Of a stretch of DNA of 64,000 bases, positions 56,433-63,639 are shown in pieces. The DNA comes from Deltaproteobacteria bacterium (GTDB lineage: Bacteria; Myxococcota_A; UBA9160; SMWR01). Below the pieces are notes generated by a model. It had not been told where the DNA came from. It did not search any database and saw nothing but the letters and a program-made list of their open reading frames with translations. A program made the translations under genes and the position numbers. The stretch lies in the NCBI GenBank assembly GCA_031405455.1, contig JANNIY010000168.1, forward strand, positions 16,009-80,008, written 5' to 3'. Positions within the stretch are counted from its first letter, which is position 1, and each line of letters opens with the position of its first letter.

Positions 56433-57680
56433 ATGGGTCGGCCCGTAGCCGTGCTGATGCTCGACGATGGCGAGCTCGACGACGTCCAGGAAATCCTCGA
56501 CGACCTGCGCATCGCCTACGGACGCGTGCGCGGCGGCGCGATCGCGCGCAACACGCCTCCCCCCACCCGGCTGCTGATTTCCACCCCGCGGCGCGTCGAC
56601 GCCGTGCGCCTGCCGGCGCGCGGGGATTCCGCTGGCGACGCGCTCACGCGCATCGTGGTGGTGAGCGAGGATTCGAAGACGCTGCGCGCGAAGCTGCGCG
56701 AGATCGGCTTCGATTACCTGGTGCGCCGCCCAGTACACCCGGAAGCGTTGCGCCTGCTGCTGCTTCATTGCCTCTACACGGGCGACGAGCGCCGGAACGA
56801 ACCGCGCATCCCCGTCGGCTTCGAAGTCTCGTTCCGCACGGGCCTGCTCCCGCGCCGTGCGACGCTCGCCGATCTTTCGACCCGCGGCTGCCGGCTGCTT
56901 TCGCGCTTTGCACTCGAGCCGGGCAAGCGCATCACGCTCCAGATTCCGCAAGCCCTCGGCGCGAGCGAGGCCCTCACGCTGCGCGGACGCATCATCCGCA
57001 TGAGCCTCGATGAGAACCTCGGCCCGGACGGCCCCTATAGCGCGGGCGTGGTGTTCGAGGACGTGTCGGCCGACCTGCGCCAGGAGCTCGAGTGGCTGCT
57101 CGAAGAGCGCTCGCAGGGTCCGGCGATGCTCCAGCCGGCCAACGAAGATCTTCCGGAAGTGGAGCTTCCGGATCCGGAGCGGGCGGGCAGCGAAGCGCGC
57201 GTGAACCTCGATCTCGAGGTCGATGTGCGCGTGAACCCCGATCCCGCGCCGAAGCGGGCAGAGCCGATGGCGAAGGCGCAGAAGACGCCGCAAGCCCAGC
57301 CTGGTCGCGAGCGCCGGCGCAACCAGCGAGGCGCCTACGACAAGAAGGTGCCCGCCTTCGGCACGCGGGCGCTGCGCGTGCTCGTCGCCCGCGATCTTTC
57401 GCAGGGCGGCATGCGCGTAGAGCGATTCTCGGGCCTCGAAGTCGGCGATCGCCTCCACCTCGCGATCTACGGCGCAGCCGACCAGGAGCCGTTCCTGGTC
57501 TGGGCGACCGTGATGCGCGACGACGGAGCGGAAGGCCTTGCGCTGGCGTTCGACGAGGTCCACCCGCAGGTCGCCCAGCAGCTCGAGAAGGTGGTGGCCG
57601 ACCTCCCGTCCGTGGAATCGCTCCACCACGATGAGGCCCATGCCATGGGCACCGTGGTCACGGAGATCCTCGAGAGCTAG
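56433..57680 (+). CDS. Protein with an N-terminal receiver-like region and two PilZ domains (c-di-GMP receptor)
   Basis: Track ORF, 415 aa. PilZ-1: RRNEPR...DLSTRG. PilZ-2: RRRNQR...DLSQGG. Both have RxxxR plus DxSxxG with about 20-aa spacing. Confidence 0.85.
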   Translation: MGRPVAVLMLDDGELDDVQEILDDLRIAYGRVRGGAIARNTPPPTRLLISTPRRVDAVRLPARGDSAGDALTRIVVVSEDSKTLRAKLREIGFDYLVRRPVHPEALRLLLLHCLYTGDERRNEPRIPVGFEVSFRTGLLPRRATLADLSTRGCRLLSRFALEPGKRITLQIPQALGASEALTLRGRIIRMSLDENLGPDGPYSAGVVFEDVSADLRQELEWLLEERSQGPAMLQPANEDLPEVELPDPERAGSEARVNLDLEVDVRVNPDPAPKRAEPMAKAQKTPQAQPGRERRRNQRGAYDKKVPAFGTRALRVLVARDLSQGGMRVERFSGLEVGDRLHLAIYGAADQEPFLVWATVMRDDGAEGLALAFDEVHPQVAQQLEKVVADLPSVESLHHDEAHAMGTVVTEILES

Positions 57681-57706
57681 TCTCCGCCCGCTTCGAGGGA
57701 GGAGCC

Positions 57707-57814
57707 GTGGCCAACAGCAAGAGCAAGCAGAAGCGCAAGCAGCACAAGAACCGCGTCCGACGCAAGCATGCGGGCGACCGCAAGAAGCTCGCCAAGACCC
57801 GGACCAAGGACTGA
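57707..57814 (+). CDS. Unannotated 35-aa highly basic small protein
   Basis: Not in the track. GTG 57707 is preceded by GGGAGGAG (3-nt spacer) and lies 26 nt after the PilZ stop. Encodes (M)ANSKSKQKRKQHKNRVRRKHAGDRKKLAKTRTKD with mostly G/C third positions. Confidence 0.45.
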   Translation: MANSKSKQKRKQHKNRVRRKHAGDRKKLAKTRTKD

Positions 57815-57869
57815 GCGGCGCCCGCCTGCGAGCGCGCGGCCGTCCGCCCGCCGCAGGCCGGGGCCCGCG

Positions 57870-58157
57870 CTACAGCTCGTCGAAGAGACGGATCTCCGGG
57901 CGACCCTCCACCAGCGCCAGCATCTCGCCGATCCCCGCCTTGAAGTAGGGCGTGTTCGAGTGCAGCCCGAGCGCTGCGTCATTCGTGTAGCGCTCGAGCA
58001 ACACGAACAACCCGGGGTCGCTCTTCGAGCGCGCAAGCTGGTAGAGCTTGCAATCGGGCTCGTTCGCCCGAACCTTCTGCGCGAGCGCCTGAATCACACG
58101 CTCGAGATCCTGTTCCTTGCCCGCCTTGGCCTTGAGGGTTGCAGTCACCGCAATCAC
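57870..58157 (-). CDS. ABM-domain (antibiotic biosynthesis monooxygenase / YgiN-like) protein
   Basis: GTG 58157 with AAGGAGG 5 nt upstream, within track ORF 57870..58289. 95 aa: IAVTATLKAKAGKEQDLERVIQAL...LYQLARSKSDPGLFVLLERYTNDAALGLH. Confidence 0.8.
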   Translation of the reverse strand: MIAVTATLKAKAGKEQDLERVIQALAQKVRANEPDCKLYQLARSKSDPGLFVLLERYTNDAALGLHSNTPYFKAGIGEMLALVEGRPEIRLFDEL

Positions 58158-58270
58158 GAGAACCTCCTTCAGAATTCCACCCGGATGTATCGCACGCCTG
58201 AGCGGCACGGGACAGTCCCGCAACGCAGGGCCCTGGTGCGCTATGCATCGGTACCGGAGGCGGAGCGGCC

Positions 58271-59398
58271 ATGGCGCAGGCGAACGCACGTCGGCGAACG
58301 CGCAAACACCACAAGCGCCGGCCGCCGGCAGGCTCGAGTGCGGGCGCCCTGGCGCCCCGCGAGGGCAGCGAACCGCTGCGCATCCACGTGATCGACTTCC
58401 GCGGCGCGCAGCTCGAGGAACGCGACGTCGACGACGTCGAGGATCTCGCGCGCTACCGCGGCAGCGACACCGTCACCTGGATCGAGGTCGAGGGAGTCGG
58501 CGACGAACGGGCGCTGCACCGGATCGGCGAAATCTTCGAGATCCACCCGCTCGCACTCGCCGACGTCGTGAACACGCCCCAACGGCCCAAGGCCGAAACC
58601 TACGAGCACCACGAGTTCCTGGTGTGCCGCATGGCGCAGCTCCATGGGCGGGAGATCGAGACCGAGCAGGTGAGCCTCGTGATCGGCAGCCACTGGGTGA
58701 TCACCTTCCAGCCGGGCGCGCACGACGTCTTCGATCCCGTGCGCGAGCGCATTCGCAGCAACTCGCTGATCCGCCAGATGGGCGCAGACTTCCTCGCCTA
58801 CTCGCTGCTCGACACGCTCGTCGACGGCTACTTCCCCATCATCGAGTCCCTGGGCGACGCGCTCGAGGAACTGGAAGAACGGGTCGTGGCCGGCAAGATC
58901 GAACGCAATGCGGGCGCGATCCACGTGATCCGGCGTCAGCTCTTGTTCTTCCACCGCATCCTGTGGCAGCAACGCGACGCCATCAACACCCTGCTGCGCG
59001 GTGAGAGCCGCTTCGTGAGTCCTGCCATCCGCGTGTATCTGCGCGACGCCCACGACCACGCGGTCCAGATCCTCGACCTCGTCGAAGCCTTTCGCGAGAT
59101 GGCCGTCAGCTTGATGGAGGTCCACCTCTCGAGCATCAGCAACCGTCTGAACGAAGTGATGCGCGTGCTCACCGTGATCTCCACGATCTTCATTCCGCTC
59201 ACTTTCCTCGTCGGCGTGTACGGCATGAACTTCCACCACATGCCAGAACTCGCCTGGCGCTGGGCGTATCCCGCGCTCTGGGCCGTGATGATCGCGATCG
59301 CGTCGGCGATGTTCGTGGGCTTCCGGCGCCGCGGCTGGATCGGCACGGGCGCCAGCCGCGCAACCACGCCGGAATCGCAGGAATCTCCGCGAGCCTGA
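58271..59398 (+). CDS. corA: CorA-family magnesium/cobalt transporter
   Basis: Track ORF, 375 aa. The YGMNF (GMN) motif lies between two C-terminal TM helices. Basic N-terminal extension. Confidence 0.9.
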   Translation: MAQANARRRTRKHHKRRPPAGSSAGALAPREGSEPLRIHVIDFRGAQLEERDVDDVEDLARYRGSDTVTWIEVEGVGDERALHRIGEIFEIHPLALADVVNTPQRPKAETYEHHEFLVCRMAQLHGREIETEQVSLVIGSHWVITFQPGAHDVFDPVRERIRSNSLIRQMGADFLAYSLLDTLVDGYFPIIESLGDALEELEERVVAGKIERNAGAIHVIRRQLLFFHRILWQQRDAINTLLRGESRFVSPAIRVYLRDAHDHAVQILDLVEAFREMAVSLMEVHLSSISNRLNEVMRVLTVISTIFIPLTFLVGVYGMNFHHMPELAWRWAYPALWAVMIAIASAMFVGFRRRGWIGTGASRATTPESQESPRA

Positions 59399-59422
59399 CG
59401 CGCGCTGTCGCGAGCGCGCGCG

Positions 59423-60148
59423 CTAGCCCCTGCGCGCCGCGACGGTCAGGTAGTGGTTCGCGAGTCCGTGGCGCAACGTCGACCAGAGTCTGCGCGCGAG
59501 CGACGCCGGGTGGCGCGCGTAGTACGTCAGCAGATGCGGACGCAAATCGCGCATGCGTGTCTCGCTTCGGCGCAACACCGCGCCGAGCGGCACCGGTTGC
59601 ACCTGGCGCAGCGAATCGAAGGGCGTCAAGCCGAGTGACGCGAGCATGCGCAGGAAGCCACGCTCGCTGAAATCGTGGCGGTGGTGGGGATTCACGTCCA
59701 CGGACGGCGTCGTCGGGACGGAGGCGATCAACACGCCGCCGGGGCGCAGCATCGCAGCGAGCCCGGCGAGGAAGCGATCCGGGTCTTCGAGGTGCTCGAT
59801 CGTCTCGAGGGAAACGATCGCATCGAAACCCCCGGCGTCGCTGAACCCGAAAGCGTCGGCGACCCGGTACTCGACGCCCGCGCCGCCATAGCGCGCCCGC
59901 GCGTAGGCGACCGCGGCTTCGCTGCGGTCGACGCCAAGCACGTCGGCCGCCCGCGCGGCGCGATCTGCCAGCAGGCGCGTCCCGTACCCGACGCCGCACG
60001 CGATATCGAGCACCCGCCCGGGCGCGAGGCAGACCGCCGCGAACTCGTAGCGTTCCAGATGCAGGCGCAAGGTCGCGCGGCCGGTGACGTCGCCCGACTC
60101 GAGCGCGTCCGGGACGAGGCGCTCGAGGCTGTCGGGCGCGAGCGGCAT
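59423..60148 (-). CDS. Class I SAM-dependent methyltransferase
   Basis: ATG 60148 within track ORF 59423..60784. VLDIACGVGYGT (motif I), FDAIVSLETIEHLEDP, LRPGGVL. Confidence 0.85.
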   Translation of the reverse strand: MPLAPDSLERLVPDALESGDVTGRATLRLHLERYEFAAVCLAPGRVLDIACGVGYGTRLLADRAARAADVLGVDRSEAAVAYARARYGGAGVEYRVADAFGFSDAGGFDAIVSLETIEHLEDPDRFLAGLAAMLRPGGVLIASVPTTPSVDVNPHHRHDFSERGFLRMLASLGLTPFDSLRQVQPVPLGAVLRRSETRMRDLRPHLLTYYARHPASLARRLWSTLRHGLANHYLTVAARRG

Positions 60149-60180
60149 CGCGGCAAGCCTATCAAACGGGAATCGGGCCC

Positions 60181-60223
60181 TGAAAAGGGAAAGGCCCGGA
60201 ACCACGTTTGCGGCTCCGGGCCT
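60181..60223 (-). terminator. Candidate intrinsic terminator for the minus-strand two-component operon
   Basis: A 9-bp stem (60192-60200 pairs with 60215-60223; core GGCCCGGA/TCCGGGCC) with a 14-nt loop. On the minus strand it is followed by TTTCCCTTTTCA. Confidence 0.45.
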
Positions 60224-60333
60224 CCCTGGGAAGGGGATATTCAGATTGTTACCAGGGATGTGTCCGCCCCGTGGAAAAGGTGTCACGCTCCGGGCGATAT
60301 TTTTTCGCTTGCTGGATCGAGGGTTTGCGAGTT

Positions 60334-60528
60334 TCACGCGAACCCCTCCGCAGCGATCAGCGCTCGAGACCCGGGATCGGGCGGCCCCGGATCGACCGAG
60401 ATCTGCTCGATCCAAACCTCGGTCTGTGTGCCCCGGGCGAGGTTTTCGACCAGCAGGTGCGTCGGCAGCGAATGGCCGCCCAGCCGTCGCGTGTGGACGC
60501 GGGGCGCGTGGATCACCTTGAAGGCCAC
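60334..60528 (-). CDS. Small hypothetical protein (64 aa from GTG 60528); possibly the frameshifted mature part of a secreted protein that starts at ATG 60610
   Basis: This frame (track ORF 60334..60837) has very high GC3 over 60334-60528: (M)AFKVIHAPRVHTRRLGGHSLPTHLLVENLARGTQTEVWIEQISVDPGPPDPGSRALIAAEGFA. A different frame from ATG 60610 encodes a signal-peptide-like MLLESSFVRRIVLAGALALFASVPATQG. Confidence 0.4.
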   Translation of the reverse strand: MAFKVIHAPRVHTRRLGGHSLPTHLLVENLARGTQTEVWIEQISVDPGPPDPGSRALIAAEGFA

Positions 60529-60599
60529 CCTGTGTCGCCGGTACGGACGCGAACAACGCGAGCGCACCGGCCAGGACGATCCTGCGAACGAAGGAGCTT

Positions 60600-61922
60600 T
60601 CAAGCAGCATTGCGCCCTCCTCGCGCCGTGAGCGGCAGCGCCACACGCACGCGTGTTCCAACGGCCGGGACGGAATCGATGTCGATCGTCCCGCCCAGAT
60701 CGGCGACCAGATCGCGACAGACCGCCAGCCCGAGGCCGCTGCCGCCGCTCGCGCTGCGCGTCGTAAAGAAGGGCTCGAAGGCACGTGCCAGGACCGTCGC
60801 TTCCATTCCGCAACCCCGATCGCTCACCTCGATGCACAGCCGACCCGACGCCTCGACGACATTCACGCTCACGACGTCGGCCGGGGCGCTGGCCTGCAGG
60901 GCGTTGTCGACGAGATTGGCGATCACCCGCACGAGTTCGTTCCCTCCCGTGCGCAGTCGCGGAAGACCCGGCTCGAGCCTCACGGCAACGCGGGAGCAGG
61001 CGCGCCCGCGCGCAACCACGCGGATCGCACGATCGGCGAGCTCATCGATCGCCAGCTCGCATCCAGCGTCCTCCCCAGGCTCGGCCGCCCCCAGAAACGC
61101 GCGCAGGGAGGAGCGCATCTCGCTCGCCAGCGCTGCAATCGTGCGGGCGTCGCGCTGCACGCGTTCGGCCTCTGGAACCCGCTCGTGAAGGCGCGAGGCG
61201 AGCCTCTCGACCACGCCGAGGGGCTTGCCAAGATCGTGAACCAGCCCCGACCCGACACGTCCGAGAGTCGCAAAACGCTCGGCCACGAGAAGTTTTTCCG
61301 CCAGCCCCGCGCGGTGCGTGGCCACGGCCGTCAGCGCCAGCACCGAGCGCACGAACGCCAGATGCGCGCTCGAGTACGGCAGCCGTGTGGCCGAGCGGCC
61401 GAGGAGCACCACGCCGAGCGGTTCGGCGCCGCTGTGCAGCCGCGCGACGACTTCGAGTCCGAGCCCGCGCAGCCCCACACAAGCACGCGACAGATGCCGC
61501 TCCTCGTCGGCGAGGTGCAACAGCTCGGCATCCCCGAGCAACTGGGCCGCGGACTCCGCCGTGGCGGTCGCGAGCGGGGCCGAGCTGCCGTGGGCGTCGA
61601 CCAGGCGCCAACTCCGGCCGGCAGCGAGGAAAACACAGGCGGATTCGGCTTCGAGCCCTTCCCGCAGTGCGCGGCAGAGCCGGCGCGCGCATTCGTCGGG
61701 GTCGAGCAGCCGCGCGATGCCCGCCGCGTGCGCATCGAGTACGCCACGCATGCGCGCCGTGCTGGGCGACAGCCAGCCGTCGATCGCCCGCCGCAGACGA
61801 GCGCGCAGCGGCTCGCCTGCCAGAAAGCAGACGAAGGCCGCCAGCGCGAGCGCGAGCGCGGCAAGCACCGGAAGCGTCGCCGCCAGGCTTTGGAGCAATC
61901 TGCTTCGGCGCGCGGAACTCAC
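60600..61922 (-). CDS. Sensor histidine kinase (one N-terminal TM, GAF-like domain, HisKA, HATPase_c)
   Basis: Track ORF, 440 aa. The GTG start overlaps the upstream stop (GTGA). H-box GLVHDLGKPL; LVDNALQA; DRGCGM; GSGLGLAV. Confidence 0.85.
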   Translation of the reverse strand: MSSARRSRLLQSLAATLPVLAALALALAAFVCFLAGEPLRARLRRAIDGWLSPSTARMRGVLDAHAAGIARLLDPDECARRLCRALREGLEAESACVFLAAGRSWRLVDAHGSSAPLATATAESAAQLLGDAELLHLADEERHLSRACVGLRGLGLEVVARLHSGAEPLGVVLLGRSATRLPYSSAHLAFVRSVLALTAVATHRAGLAEKLLVAERFATLGRVGSGLVHDLGKPLGVVERLASRLHERVPEAERVQRDARTIAALASEMRSSLRAFLGAAEPGEDAGCELAIDELADRAIRVVARGRACSRVAVRLEPGLPRLRTGGNELVRVIANLVDNALQASAPADVVSVNVVEASGRLCIEVSDRGCGMEATVLARAFEPFFTTRSASGGSGLGLAVCRDLVADLGGTIDIDSVPAVGTRVRVALPLTARGGRNAA

Positions 61923-62203
61923 GCGGCCCTCCGCCGCTCGAGGCGCGCCCCGCTGGCGATCACGGCGGGCAGGATCACGAGATCGGCGACCAGCGCGACG
62001 AGAATCGCGACGCCCGAGAGAAACCCGACGCTCGCGGCGCTCTCGGAGGACGCGAGGTCAATCACGAGCGCGCCCACGTAGGCGCGGAAGCCCGCATCCG
62101 TGCGCAGCCACAACCCTCCGGCGCCGAGCCCGATCGTGAGCACGAGCACCAGCACCAGCGTGAAGCGCGGCGCGCGCAAGGCGGCCCGCGTCAGGGTGAA
62201 CAT
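61919..62203 (-). CDS. 94-aa two-TM membrane protein
   Basis: ATG 62203 with GGGAGG 5 nt upstream, within track ORF 61919..62722. MFTLTRAALRAPRFTLVLVLVLTIGLGAGGLWLRTD...VGFLSGVAILVALVADLVILPAVI. It overlaps the regulator stop by 13 nt and the kinase start by 4 nt. Confidence 0.5.
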   Translation of the reverse strand: MFTLTRAALRAPRFTLVLVLVLTIGLGAGGLWLRTDAGFRAYVGALVIDLASSESAASVGFLSGVAILVALVADLVILPAVIASGARLERRRAA

Positions 62204-63447
62204 GGACCCCTCCCGGACCGCGGCTTGGGGAGCAGACCGTGTTTTTGCGCCCGGTAGATGACGGCGCCGCGCGAAAGGCCCTGTCGGCGCGCCACTTCCG
62301 CGAGGTTCCCCTGGCAGGCCGCGAGCAGCGCAACCAGCTCTTCGCGCTGCTGGTGTTCGCGGTGCGAACGCAGGGAATCCACGCTGTCGCGCGATTCGCC
62401 CAACACCTCGCGCGCGCGCTCGCGCGAAATCGAGCCTTGCGGCGAGAAGGCCACGAGCCGCTCGAGCACGCTCGTGAGTTCGCGCACGTTTCCCGGCCAC
62501 TGCTGCTCGCGCAGCAGCGCGAGCGCGCCGCGATCGAGTTGCACGGCCGGACGTCCCAACCCTGCGCCGATCCGCGCGGCGAGCAGCGGTGCGAGCTGGG
62601 CAATGTCCTCGAGACGCTCGCGCAACGGCGGCAAGAGGATCGTGAAGCGCTGAAGCTTCTCGGCAAGTCCCGGGTGGAACGCGCCCTCGCGCGCGCGCTC
62701 CGACAGATCCTCGCACGCACACGCGAGCACGCGCGGCGCAGCCGCCGCTTCGGCGTCCCCCCCACGCAAGCGCTCGAACCAGTGCGCCTGCTCGACCGGC
62801 GAGAAGCGGCTGATCTCATCGAGAAAGAAGCTGCCGCCCGCTGCGATGCGTGGCGCGGGGGTGGCGGCGCCCGCGCGCAGCACCAGAAAGGGCGCGTCGC
62901 CGCTGCCGCCGCACTGATGGATCGCGCGGGCTACCTGCTCGCGACCGCTGCCCGGCTCACCGCGCACGAGCACCGGCACGCGCAGGCCCGCAAGCGCGCG
63001 AATGCGCTCGCGCACGCGGCGCATCGCGAGGCTGCGTCCGGCGATCAGCTGCGCGAGTCGCTCGTCCTCGGGCCGCGACGCGGAGACGAGCGCCAGTTCG
63101 CGCGCCCGCACGATCATGCGTTCGAGATCGTCCGGAAACGTGAAGAACTCCTGCGCGCCCCCCTTCATCACCTCGACGGCCGTCGCGACATCCGCGTAAG
63201 CCGTCAGCAGGATCACGGGTACGCTCGAAATGCCCCGGATGCGGCGCAGCAGCTCGATGCCGTCGGCGCGCGGCATGCGCAGGTCGCTCACGACGAGGTC
63301 CGGAGCTTCCGCCCGGAATCGATTCCAGGCCTCCACGCCATCCCGCGCTTCGACCACCGCGAGACCCGCCTGGCTGAGATCCCCCGCCAGCAGCGCGCGC
63401 ACCTCCGCGCGATCGTCCACGAGCAGGACCCTGGCTTCCCCCGTCAT
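62191..63447 (-). CDS. NtrC-family response regulator (REC / degenerate AAA+ / Fis-type HTH)
   Basis: ATG 63447 within track ORF 62191..63495. REC: VLLVDDRAE...VVSDLRMPRADG...ILLTAY. AAA+: GEPGSGRE (Walker A with Arg in place of Lys), FFLDEI, WPGNVREL. HTH: NLAEVARRQGLSRGAVIYR. No GAFTGA segment. Confidence 0.85.
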   Translation of the reverse strand: MTGEARVLLVDDRAEVRALLAGDLSQAGLAVVEARDGVEAWNRFRAEAPDLVVSDLRMPRADGIELLRRIRGISSVPVILLTAYADVATAVEVMKGGAQEFFTFPDDLERMIVRARELALVSASRPEDERLAQLIAGRSLAMRRVRERIRALAGLRVPVLVRGEPGSGREQVARAIHQCGGSGDAPFLVLRAGAATPAPRIAAGGSFFLDEISRFSPVEQAHWFERLRGGDAEAAAAPRVLACACEDLSERAREGAFHPGLAEKLQRFTILLPPLRERLEDIAQLAPLLAARIGAGLGRPAVQLDRGALALLREQQWPGNVRELTSVLERLVAFSPQGSISRERAREVLGESRDSVDSLRSHREHQQREELVALLAACQGNLAEVARRQGLSRGAVIYRAQKHGLLPKPRSGRGPCSP

Positions 63448-63639
63448 CACCGGCGCCCTCTCCAAGACCCTTCCGGGGTCTGTTGAGTAATACACCCAGC
63501 CGCTGCCGGGCTGATTCAGGGCTCGATCAAGAAACGATCAAGTGGCGGAGACTCGTGGAGCATTCCCAGGGGGGTTGGAAAATCTCTCGCAACCGTGTAG
63601 AAGGGGGTTGCCGATGAAGTTGCGAGTGCGGACCACAGC

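Noticed and set aside
57815-57869. Possible terminator hairpin between the basic sORF and the convergent ABM gene (GCCTGCG ... CGCAGGC).
   Set aside because: The stem is only 7 bp with a ~21-nt loop and no U-tract on either strand. This is too weak to call.
63576-63591. Sigma54-like promoter TGGAAAATCTCTCGCA, with correct GG-N10-GC spacing, upstream of the serine-hydrolase gene.
   Set aside because: Both elements are weak (TGGAAA instead of TGGCAC, TCGCA instead of TTGCA). The predicted transcription start would fall on the leader RBS. The adjacent regulator lacks the GAFTGA loop needed to activate sigma54. It is best treated as a chance match unless 5'-end data show otherwise.
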